Assembly: GCA_963823445.1 (NCBI GenBank)
Contig: CAWGLT010000016.1
Location: 11,743 to 75,742 of the forward strand
Direction of reading: 5' to 3'
From: an uncultured Acidobacteriota bacterium
GTDB lineage: Bacteria > Acidobacteriota > Thermoanaerobaculia > Thermoanaerobaculales > Sulfomarinibacteraceae
DNA: 64,000 nt
A program made the position numbers and the translations under genes. Positions 34,046 through 42,553 of the stretch are shown piece after piece (position 1 is the stretch's first letter; every line of letters starts with the position of its first letter). The notes below the pieces were generated by a model. That model saw only the letters and a list, made by a program, of their open reading frames with translations, ran no database searches and was not told the origin of the DNA.

Positions 34046-35911
34046 ATGAACACTCAGAACGTCCTTCCGTTCCCCGGTCCCGAAGGCGACACATGGCAGG
34101 TCGGCATGTTTCTATTTCCGGGTTGGGTCGGCGATGATGACCCGCCGTACCGCCCTCTCATCGCCATCGCTGCCAGCGCCGACACCGGTCTGATCGGCAC
34201 ATCGGACCTGATGCCCCCTGCAGAAGCCGGCCCCGAGATGGCGCAGGCGGCCGTCGAGTCGCTCATGAAAACGATCGGCAGATCCCCGGTGGCCATCGAG
34301 GTCGATCGCCCCGACTTGGCCGAAGCACTGGCGGACCATGGGAAGGCTTGCGGGATCACCGTTTGTTGCCGCGACGACCTGCCCCTCCTTGTCGAGCCTG
34401 TTCAGGAGCTATTCCGTGAACAAACTCAAGACGAGCCCTTTCAGGCGGCAATCGAGGTCCCAGGCGTGACCGTCGAGCAGCTTCGCGATTTCGCCGACGG
34501 GGCCGCGGCCTTTTTGGAAGCGGCGCCCTGGCGGTTCCTCGAATCCTCCGATGTCATCGAGATCGACGCTCCACGGCCCGCCCCCAACGTCCGTTTCGTC
34601 AGCGTCCTCGGCGCCCTAGGAGAGCTGGGCCTCGGCTTCGCGGAGCGCCGCGATCTGATCGAGGGAAACCCCGACGACGACCAGAACCCAATAGACAGAA
34701 TCGCCAATGACGCCATTTGGTCAGTTACGTTCTACGAGCCGTGGGAGGTACCGATCCGCGAGCATGATCTCTGGCTCGAACACGGCTTTCCCACCGGACC
34801 CGAAGGGACCGTGCCCGCCGCCGTCCAGTACGGACCCAAACGAAGGATCCGTCGCGCAAGCCCCAAAATGCTCGCCTTCTTCGAGGGTGTCTTCCGGGCG
34901 CTTGCGGAGACCACCGAGGACGAGATTGACTCCGGCAGGTGGAGCAAGACCGTGGGCACGAGCGCGGGCGCCCTGAGTCTCCAACTGACGCTCCCGGACA
35001 TCCTCGAACCGCCTTCCGAATCGGACCGTCCTCGGTCCTTCAACCCGCTCCGGAGTGGGGCAGCACTGGGGGAGATTCAGAAGCTCATCGATCGGCAGTC
35101 CTTCGAGAGTGAGGACGAGCTGCGAGACTTCCTGGAGACCGAGGTCATGGGCAAGAAGCTACCGGCCACCGAGCCGGAGGGACCCCAAGACGAGGCTCGC
35201 GAACTGGCGTATCAGTCCATGGACCTCCCCGGCCGCCGCGGCGCCGTCCTGGCCAAGAAGGCGCTGAAGCTCGATCCCGAGTCGCCCATTGCCCATCTCG
35301 CGTTGGCGATCCACACCAGCGACCCCATCTCCGCCGTGGGGCACTATCGAACAGCCGTGACTCTCGCCGAGAAGGATCTCGGGCCTGAGGTCTTCGCCGA
35401 CGACGTCGGGCATTTTTGGGGTCTCGTCGAGACTCGACCCTACATGGAAGCACGCAAGGGGCTGGCCGACTGCTTGTGGGCCTCCGGCGACCACCACGAG
35501 GCAGTCGAGCACTACGCCGAGCTCATCCGCCTCAACCCGAACGACAACCAGGGAATTCGCGACCGTCTCGCACCGGCCTTCCTCGCCCTTGGCCTTATCG
35601 ACGAGGCCGACGAGCTGCTCGAAGCGTACGCCGAGGACCCGACGGCCTCGCATGCGTTCAACCGCACGCTGCTCGCCTTCCAGCACTCCGGCGATGCCGA
35701 GACGTCGAGGCACATGCTCGACCAGGCCATCGAGGTCAACCCGCATGTGCCGGACATTCTCCTCGGGCGAGCGATCATGCCGGCCGAGCCCCCAGACGGC
35801 TACACCATCGGCAGCTTCGAGGAAGCCGTCGTCTACTTTCTGAATGCCGACGAAGCCTGGGGCGAAATCGCCGGCGCCCTCGACTGGCTGGAGAGCAGAA
35901 TCTCCGGGTAG
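34046..35911 (+). CDS. Conserved hypothetical protein with C-terminal TPR region
   Basis: FWGLVETRPYMEAR and LNPNDNQGIR motifs of a widespread TPR family; start chosen at MNTQNVL. Confidence 0.75.
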   Translation: MNTQNVLPFPGPEGDTWQVGMFLFPGWVGDDDPPYRPLIAIAASADTGLIGTSDLMPPAEAGPEMAQAAVESLMKTIGRSPVAIEVDRPDLAEALADHGKACGITVCCRDDLPLLVEPVQELFREQTQDEPFQAAIEVPGVTVEQLRDFADGAAAFLEAAPWRFLESSDVIEIDAPRPAPNVRFVSVLGALGELGLGFAERRDLIEGNPDDDQNPIDRIANDAIWSVTFYEPWEVPIREHDLWLEHGFPTGPEGTVPAAVQYGPKRRIRRASPKMLAFFEGVFRALAETTEDEIDSGRWSKTVGTSAGALSLQLTLPDILEPPSESDRPRSFNPLRSGAALGEIQKLIDRQSFESEDELRDFLETEVMGKKLPATEPEGPQDEARELAYQSMDLPGRRGAVLAKKALKLDPESPIAHLALAIHTSDPISAVGHYRTAVTLAEKDLGPEVFADDVGHFWGLVETRPYMEARKGLADCLWASGDHHEAVEHYAELIRLNPNDNQGIRDRLAPAFLALGLIDEADELLEAYAEDPTASHAFNRTLLAFQHSGDAETSRHMLDQAIEVNPHVPDILLGRAIMPAEPPDGYTIGSFEEAVVYFLNADEAWGEIAGALDWLESRISG

Positions 35912-36101
35912 CCAACCCACGCGACCCATGAACCGTCTACCGGGGCCGACGATGCCTCATGAGTTCGGGCACCACTCTGACGGCCGACTCGCCGAAACCC
36001 AGTCGTTGAACACCGACCCATCGCCCCAGTGACCAGCCTGTGGCCCCAGAGACCACCCCATGGCCTCAACAACCAACTCGGCTATGAGACACTCTATGTA
36101 C

Positions 36102-36449
36102 ATGTCAGGAAAGCTACTCCTCGTCCACCTGTCGAGGACCGAGCACCGCGTCATCGATCCCGAAGACATCTACTTCGTGGAGGCTCATGGCGACGAATCG
36201 CACGTCCGGCTCCGAGGCCGCAACCCGCTCGTCGACATCCGGCCCCTCGGAGACCTCGAGCCGATCCTGTCGGCGGCCGGCATCATCCGCATCCACCGCC
36301 AACACGCCGTCAATCCCGCGCGGATCCACACCATCCGACAGCAGGCCGACGGCCGCGATTGGGAGGTCAAGCTCTCACCGCCGGTCAACGCCGTCCTGCC
36401 CGTCGCCCGCGACCGCCTCGCTACGCTCCTAGAGGCGCTCGGCGAGTGA
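36102..36449 (+). CDS. Stand-alone LytTR DNA-binding domain protein
   Basis: EDIYFVEA, IRIHRQHAVN and LPVARDR; no receiver domain. Confidence 0.85.
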   Translation: MSGKLLLVHLSRTEHRVIDPEDIYFVEAHGDESHVRLRGRNPLVDIRPLGDLEPILSAAGIIRIHRQHAVNPARIHTIRQQADGRDWEVKLSPPVNAVLPVARDRLATLLEALGE

Positions 36450-36973
36450 ACCCCGACGACGCCCGGTTGCTGCAGCGCCAGGTCGCCCAGCTCTCGGCCA
36501 ACGGGTCGTCGCTGAGGAACCAGGGCGCACCGGGCGTCGTCGCGGCGGCTCGAAAGGAGCTCGCAGAGGTGAATCTGCTGCTGCTTCCGCGCGCTGGAAG
36601 CGATGAGTTCACGCGTCGCCTCGACGACATCACGCAGAACCTTCTGTGCAGCTTCCCGGCAGGTGCGCAGCACTGGGGCGCGGCCCGAAAAGTCCTGAAC
36701 CACTCCCTTCGCGACTGTCTCTACAACTTCTACCTGCGCGACTGGTATGGCCTCGCCGTGTGCGAGCCGTTCCTCGAACTCCCGCTCGACAGCTACGTCG
36801 CGAAGGGCCTGCACGAGACCGAGAGAGGCGACGACCTGCCCAAATGGTGCGGCGTCAAGTACGTGACGAGCGAGGTGAACGCCCTGTACCAGGAGGTCGC
36901 TTCGGAAGAGGCAGAAAGGCTCGGTATCGAGAGAGTGCACCTCGACCTCCGGTACTGGCAGCCCGCGCAGTAG
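36446..36973 (+). CDS. Hypothetical protein, possibly HhH-GPD/AGOG-like DNA glycosylase fold
   Basis: GTGA coupling to the LytTR gene; WGAARKVLN, ELPLDSYV and HLDLRYW motifs. The fold call is inference. Confidence 0.6.
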   Translation: MNPDDARLLQRQVAQLSANGSSLRNQGAPGVVAAARKELAEVNLLLLPRAGSDEFTRRLDDITQNLLCSFPAGAQHWGAARKVLNHSLRDCLYNFYLRDWYGLAVCEPFLELPLDSYVAKGLHETERGDDLPKWCGVKYVTSEVNALYQEVASEEAERLGIERVHLDLRYWQPAQ

Positions 36974-37047
36974 TGCGACCCGCAGCCTGAGGCTCACCAA
37001 TGACGCAGGGGATCGGGGATACCTGCGACCGTTTCCCCAGGCTCGAT

Positions 37048-37404
37048 CTACTCGGCATCAACCAAGAGGGTGACTGCAGCGCACAGCTCAGCGAGGCAGT
37101 CCGCCTCCAGGTGCCCCATCTGGTTCCTGAACCGCTCGATGGAGACGCAGCGGATCTGGAGTGCGTCGGCGGCGGATTCCTTGGTCAGCCCGTTCAACGT
37201 GCTCGGCTTGACCGCGAGACGCCAATGGTACTGCTCGTGCTTCGGCTTCCACTCGGTCAACGGGACCACCAACCGGACGGGGAGGCTCGAAACCGCGTCA
37301 ATATTCACGACGACGGCCGGCCTCACCTTGGAGGTCTCGGAGCCGCGAGTCGGGTCGAGGTCGACCCACCAGATTTGACCGCGTAGTGGATTGGGATCAC
37401 TCAT
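37048..37404 (-). CDS. mazF: PemK/MazF family endoribonuclease toxin
   Basis: RGQIWWVDLDPTRGSETSKVRPAVVV, VVPLT, NGLTKES and QIRCVSIERF. Confidence 0.93.
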   Translation of the reverse strand: MSDPNPLRGQIWWVDLDPTRGSETSKVRPAVVVNIDAVSSLPVRLVVPLTEWKPKHEQYHWRLAVKPSTLNGLTKESAADALQIRCVSIERFRNQMGHLEADCLAELCAAVTLLVDAE

Positions 37405-38584
37405 CGGGGAGAAGGTCTCCGCCGAGGAGCGAGATCCACTCGTCGTCTTCGAGGTAGTGCTTCCTTGCACGCTGGGCTTCGATGGCCAGGAGGCGGCTGC
37501 GCTCGGCCGGCGGCAGCTTCAACAGGTCGCGCCGCGCTGTCGATTCGTCCTCGACCGGCTCTTCGAATCTCACGCCCATGATCTCTTCGGCTTTCTCGCG
37601 GGTCAGAGCGCCTTCGGCAACAGCACGAACAGCTGCGCGAAGCGACCATTGGGGATCTTCCGGTTCCAGCGGCCAAGGTTCCTGCTTCTTCCACCCTCGC
37701 GCGTTGATCTGCTTCCAGAGCTGCGAAGCCTGATGGGTGTTGATGATGTCCAGGTCAGTGAGCCGGTAGATGAGCGCCTGGATGCTCATTCCGTACTTCT
37801 GCTTGAGCAATGCCAACTCGAAGAGCGAGACCTTCCTCCGCTTGCTGCCCACATCCTTGCGGACGAGGTCTGCAGGGGCGAGAAATGCCGCCCCGAATCG
37901 AAACGCGGCCTTTTCCTCGTCGACATGCCTTGTCTTGGTCATCACCAGATGGCCGAGCTCGTGGCTCAGGTTCAGGCGCTGGCGGTCGCCGTCGACACCT
38001 TTCCTGCTCACAACACCGACCGCCTTGATGCTCTCGCTCTCATCTCTGGCGACCGCAGCCAGGCCGTCAAAGTCCTCCTCGGTGTCGATCACCATCACGT
38101 GGATGTGGCGCTCCTCGAGGACGTCGGTCACGCACGCGATCGGATCCGACCCCAACGACCACCTGCTCCGAACGTCGCCGGCGATCTCCTCACATTCCTC
38201 GAGCGAATTGGGAGAGTACTCGGCCAGGGGAATGCAGCTTCCGTTGGTCTGCCCGGCGGCCTCTTGAAGCACAACCCGCTGCTCGAGCATCCGCGACACG
38301 AGGTTCCCGACGCGATACTGCTCCTTCTTCGCCAGTCGGCTCGTCCGGCGGTAGGCGAGCACCTCGACATTCACCGATGGTGATGCCAGGAGCTCTGACG
38401 CCTTCACGCCGAAGACCCGTGCCAGGGATTTCAAGACGAGCGGCGACGGCGACATCAGTCCCCGCTCGTACTTCGAGATTGCTTGTTTCGTGACCCGTCC
38501 ACTCGTGGCTGCGGCCAGCTCGTCGAGCGACATCGCCCGCGACAACCGAAACATCCTCAGCCGATCTCCAACCTTTCCAGGCAT
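37397..38584 (-). CDS. XRE HTH - ImmA/IrrE (M78) metallopeptidase fusion with antitoxin-like C-terminal tail
   Basis: HTH (TKQAISKYERG), RQRLNLSHELGH and EEKAAFRFGAAFLAP; GGAGG RBS before ATG at 38584; overlaps the mazF start by 8 nt. Confidence 0.9.
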   Translation of the reverse strand: MPGKVGDRLRMFRLSRAMSLDELAAATSGRVTKQAISKYERGLMSPSPLVLKSLARVFGVKASELLASPSVNVEVLAYRRTSRLAKKEQYRVGNLVSRMLEQRVVLQEAAGQTNGSCIPLAEYSPNSLEECEEIAGDVRSRWSLGSDPIACVTDVLEERHIHVMVIDTEEDFDGLAAVARDESESIKAVGVVSRKGVDGDRQRLNLSHELGHLVMTKTRHVDEEKAAFRFGAAFLAPADLVRKDVGSKRRKVSLFELALLKQKYGMSIQALIYRLTDLDIINTHQASQLWKQINARGWKKQEPWPLEPEDPQWSLRAAVRAVAEGALTREKAEEIMGVRFEEPVEDESTARRDLLKLPPAERSRLLAIEAQRARKHYLEDDEWISLLGGDLLPDE

Positions 38585-38595
38585 GCTCCCCTCCA

Positions 38596-38634
38596 GGTTG
38601 ACAAATATTGCATCAGAATATATTTTTGTCAACC
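38596..38634. promoter_or_regulatory. Inverted-repeat operator containing two oppositely oriented, overlapping sigma70 promoters
   Basis: GGTTGACAAA-N19-TTTGTCAACC. Plus strand TTGACA-17-TATTTT; minus strand TTGACA-17-AATATT with a TG extension. Confidence 0.7.
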
Positions 38635-39456
38635 AATGGGGTTGAGTCCACTTCGGGAAGACTCCCCGAAAACGCCCGCAGGAGTCTTCGAATGGCCAGG
38701 ATTCAGAAACAGTTCGAACAATTCAACCGCGTTGGTCGAAACCGAAGCCGATCAAGAACAACTGCTGAGGGACGGGGCCGCTTGGGGGCCTCGTTTCTTT
38801 CCCCAAGATCCTCGAGAAAAGAAAGGCGATGCAATGGCTGAGGGTGACTTTGTCGAGCTGTGGTTGTGGCAGGCGTTCGGATCACCGATCCACTGTGACA
38901 TCCACTTTCTGGTGCGGCGGGTCGGCAGCTGACCAACCTGAACCGGAACATCTCGCGGAGGGATTCTTTCTACGCGGTATTCCTTGAATTCGACGAAACT
39001 TCGTTCGACTCAACTTCTCATTGGCAATACTATGTTCAGGCGGATTGCCAGAGTGGGGCAACGGGAACAGAATTTTCGTGCTCTTAAACCTCAAAATGTT
39101 CATGTCAGCGAGCTTTCTTAGGTTCTAAAGCCTGGCACCGAAACGTTCGCTGCAGCCGAGGCAACATTCGACCGTTCTCGAATCATTATTCGACTTCACC
39201 TGACAGTTGCGGCGACCGGCGTCGCCCCCCGCGCGGTGGGCGCGGTTTGAAAAGAGAGAAGGGGGCGGAAGGCCCACGGAGCCTGGAACGCGTTCAGTTT
39301 CCGGGGCTCAATCCCTTCGAACACCACGGACGCCTTTACGAAGTCCCGCCCCGCTTCCGGAAACGTTGCTCGTGCTTGCTCTTTCCCACCCTCCACTTAC
39401 TTCGTGACCGGTTGTCTGGGTTGCGCCGGCGACAGCGGCCGGTGCCGTGGCAGCGA

Positions 39457-39550
39457 CCCCGACAGGCTGGAAGCCTGTCGCTCCACAGCGGCCGTTCTGG
39501 GTTGTGGTGGCGACAGTCATCCTGGCTGTCGCCGGTGACGTGCCGGAACT
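39457..39550 (-). repeat. Dispersed, diverged inverted copy of the 134-bp REP unit
   Basis: GACAGGCTGGAAGCCTGTCGCTCCACAG...GCGACAGTCATCCTGGCTGTCGCCGGTGACGTGCC. Confidence 0.85.
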
Positions 39551-39784
39551 TCGCCCACGCCGCAGCCCCCTCAAGACCCCAAGACCTCGTGAAATGCTCG
39601 TGACCCGGCCGCCAGTGAACATCAACCGACTCGACCCTGTCTCAGGAATTCACGGGGAACGAGCGCAGCGAGCTTCCACGGGGATTCCTGAGAACTCCCG
39701 GTTCGCCTTCCGGAAATGGAGGTCCTCCCGGCCGGTGAAGTGATGCTGATATCCTACGCCCTGTCATCCTCTGAGGGAGATTCC

Positions 39785-40399
39785 ATGCGCTACTACTACC
39801 ACCCCGGATCGCCGAACTGCCGCAAGGTGAGCGCCGTCATCGAGATGCTCGGTGTCGAGGTGAAGTACGAGTTCGTCGACCTGCCCAAGGGCAAACAGGC
39901 GAAACCGGAGTTCCTCGCCGTCAACCCCAACGGGATGGTGCCGGCGCTCGTCGACGGCGACACCACCGTCGTCGAGTCGAACTGCATCATCATCTACCTC
40001 GCCGAGAAGACCGGCTCCGACCTCTGGCCCGAAGCGCGCCGGCTCGAGATCCTGCGCTGGATGTTCTGGGAGCAGTCGCACTTCATGTACGCCGCCGGCA
40101 CGGTCTTCTTCCAGAAGCTCCTCAAACCGCTGCTCGGCCAGGAGCCCGACGAGGCCCGGGTCACGGAAGGCGTCGCCAAGTTCCGCCGCCACGCCCGGGC
40201 CCTCGACGATCACCTGAAAGGGCGGGAGTGGCTGGTCGGAGACGGGCTGACCCTCGCCGATCTCGCCGTCGCGGCACAGCTGACCTACGCCAGGGCCACC
40301 GAGCTTCCCATGGACGAGTTTCCCGAGATCCAACGCTGGTACTCAGCCATCGAAGAGCTCCCGGCCTGGAAGGCAACCCACCCCGCCCTCGCCGGATAG
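39785..40399 (+). CDS. Glutathione S-transferase family protein
   Basis: SPNCRKV, NPNGMVPAL, ESNCIIIYL and WLVGDGLTLADL. Confidence 0.93.
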   Translation: MRYYYHPGSPNCRKVSAVIEMLGVEVKYEFVDLPKGKQAKPEFLAVNPNGMVPALVDGDTTVVESNCIIIYLAEKTGSDLWPEARRLEILRWMFWEQSHFMYAAGTVFFQKLLKPLLGQEPDEARVTEGVAKFRRHARALDDHLKGREWLVGDGLTLADLAVAAQLTYARATELPMDEFPEIQRWYSAIEELPAWKATHPALAG

Positions 40400-40511
40400 C
40401 TCTTTGCTGAGCTTCCTGCAAGAGGCTGAGTCGACGGTCGACAGATCCATCGCAGGTGATCCGGTGAATCGTCGGTAGTTTCCGGCGGTGCTCGCCACAT
40501 GGAAGATCGAG

Positions 40512-40676
40512 TTGAAACACGGAGGGCACGGGGAACCACGGAGTCGCCACGGAGAATCGCTCGACTCATCACATCTTCCGGGGAAGTCCCGCAACCCTCC
40601 AAGACAGGGAGAGCCCGGGTCAGAATGGCCGTGCCCCGTGGAATCTCCGTGGTTCCCCGTGCCCCCTGTGTTTCAA
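40512..40676. repeat. 165-bp element with TTGAAACAC...GTGTTTCAA ends and nonamer-repeat arms (copy 2)
   Basis: TTGAAACACGGAGGGCACGGGGAACCACGGAG ... CTCCGTGGTTCCCCGTGCCCCCTGTGTTTCAA. Confidence 0.78.
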
Positions 40677-40789
40677 ATATGGCGCACCGGTATGCAGGTC
40701 ATTTCCTGGAGCCCGCAGCCGCACAAACCAAGAGAGTCCTGTGATGGAACTGTCGACTGCAAACCGGGCCTCTCGACGACGTGGCTCGA

Positions 40790-41713
40790 CTATTTGATCC
40801 GATACCGCGCCACGTCAGGGTTCACACCGGTCGCCTTGTACTTCTCCCAGGTGTAGAAACCGCTGCCGGTCTTGGCGCCGAGCTGGCCCGATTCCACCAG
40901 CCGCTTGAGCAGGGGGCTCGGTTTGTAGAACGACCCGAGCTCCTCCTCGAGGACCTGGCAGATGAAGAGCATGGTGTCGAGACCGACATAGTCGGCGGTC
41001 ATGAGCGGGCCCATCTTGTGACCGAGGCAGTAGGTGCACTTGTCGACATCGTCGACCGACGCGATCCCCTCTTCGATGACCCGGATGGCCTCGTTGACGA
41101 AGGGCACGAACATCCGGTTGATGGCGAACCCTGCCTTGTCCTCGGCCGCGATCTCGATCTTGCCCATGTCGTGGCAGAGCGCGACGACGGTGGCGTAGGT
41201 TTCGTCCGATGTCGCCAGGCCGCGGATGATCTCGACGCCCTGCTGCATCGGCACCGGGTTCATGAAGTGCATCCCCATGAACTTCTCGGGTTTGCCGTAG
41301 GCGGCGCCGAGCCGGGTGATGGAGATTCCCGAGGTGTTCGACACCAGGATCTTGTCGTAACCGATCTCGGCGAGCTTGCGGTTGATCTTCTCCTTGAGCT
41401 CGGGTCGCTCGGGCACGGCCTCGATGATGAGGTCGCAGCCGAGGAGGTCCTCACTCTTCGTGGTGGTGCTCAGACGGGCAAAGGCCTGGTCCTTGGTATC
41501 GCCGTCGATGCCCTTTTCGCCGCCCGATTTCTCGAACGCCTTGACCAGCCGGTCGAGACTGCGACCGATCGCATCGAGGCCCTTCTCGAGGACGCTCGCA
41601 TCCACATCCATGACGATGGTTTCAAAACCGCTCTGCGCCGCCACCTGGGCGATGCCGTTGCCCATGGTTCCGATCCCGATGACGCCGATCTTCTTGAGTC
41701 CGCTCTCACTCAT
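40790..41713 (-). CDS. hbd: 3-hydroxybutyryl-CoA / 3-hydroxyacyl-CoA dehydrogenase
   Basis: GIGTMGNGIAQ, IEAVPE, SNTSGISIT, GMHFMNP and GFAINR. Confidence 0.92.
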   Translation of the reverse strand: MSESGLKKIGVIGIGTMGNGIAQVAAQSGFETIVMDVDASVLEKGLDAIGRSLDRLVKAFEKSGGEKGIDGDTKDQAFARLSTTTKSEDLLGCDLIIEAVPERPELKEKINRKLAEIGYDKILVSNTSGISITRLGAAYGKPEKFMGMHFMNPVPMQQGVEIIRGLATSDETYATVVALCHDMGKIEIAAEDKAGFAINRMFVPFVNEAIRVIEEGIASVDDVDKCTYCLGHKMGPLMTADYVGLDTMLFICQVLEEELGSFYKPSPLLKRLVESGQLGAKTGSGFYTWEKYKATGVNPDVARYRIK

Positions 41714-41857
41714 GCCACGCCTCCCGTTTGAATTCAGCCCGTTTTCGCCGCATCGCGGCAGTGACGGTCATTGTAGCGCGCCCCCCGGCGAGTTTCGTTG
41801 GGCCATCGGCAAGTTGACGCGGCAACGATCTCGGGCTATACACGAGGTCCGGAGTCT

Positions 41858-42481
41858 ATGGTGATCATCGAAATCGACCCCACATATCCCGAGGCGTGGC
41901 TCATTGCCCGTGCCGCGGATGTGCTTCGCAAGGGCGGGGTCGCCATCATTCCCACCGACACCGTCTACGGTCTCGCCTGCGGCATCAGCCACGAAAAGGC
42001 CATCAAGCGGATCTACGCCCTCAAGGACATGGATCCGAAGAAGCCGCTCGCCATTCTGGTCGGCGACATGACCACCGTCGGCGTCTACGCCCGCGGCGTC
42101 ACCACCCCGTACTTCAGGTTGTTGAAAAGGGTCCTGCCCGGGCCCTACACCTTCATCTTCGAGGCGACCGCCGAGGTGCCGAAGATCATGCTTCGCAAGC
42201 GCCGCACCATCGGGATTCGGATGCCGGATCACCCCGTCACCCTGGCGCTGCTCGAAGAGCTCGACGAACCGCTTCTGACGACGTCGGTCCGCACCCCCGA
42301 CGATCGTTGGGTCATCGAACCGGTGGAGGTCGAGTCGACCCTCGACGACCGGGTCGATGTCGTCGTCGACTGCGGCCCGCTCGAGGCCCACCCCTCGACC
42401 GTGGTCGATCTCTCGAGCGGCGAACCGGTCCTCGTCCGCGAGGGCAAGGGCAACGTCGAGGCGCTCGAGTTGTTTGGTTAA
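41858..42481 (+). CDS. TsaC/YrdC/YciO family (threonylcarbamoyladenylate synthase-like) protein
   Basis: PTDTVYGLAC, LPGPYTFI, IGIRMPDHP and PSTVVDL. Confidence 0.92.
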   Translation: MVIIEIDPTYPEAWLIARAADVLRKGGVAIIPTDTVYGLACGISHEKAIKRIYALKDMDPKKPLAILVGDMTTVGVYARGVTTPYFRLLKRVLPGPYTFIFEATAEVPKIMLRKRRTIGIRMPDHPVTLALLEELDEPLLTTSVRTPDDRWVIEPVEVESTLDDRVDVVVDCGPLEAHPSTVVDLSSGEPVLVREGKGNVEALELFG

Positions 42482-42492
42482 TTCTTTTTGTC

Positions 42493-42550
42493 CTCCGAAA
42501 AACAGGGAGGTTTCGGCCGCGTGCGGCCGAAACCTCCCTGTTTTTCGGAG
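42493..42550. terminator. Perfect 28-bp inverted repeat between convergent genes (probable bidirectional terminator)
   Basis: CTCCGAAAAACAGGGAGGTTTCGGCCGC-GT-GCGGCCGAAACCTCCCTGTTTTTCGGAG. Confidence 0.75.
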
Positions 42551-42553
42551 CGT

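Noticed and set aside
33935-39200. Prophage or integrative element
   Set aside because: No integrase, att repeats, tRNA target or phage structural genes are visible; treated only as an accessory islet.
39262-39359. tRNA-Sec or 6S RNA on the minus strand (GGAAG...CTTCCGCC ends; TGTTCG/TGAAC words)
   Set aside because: No UCA anticodon loop or properly placed T-arm, and it is too short for 6S.
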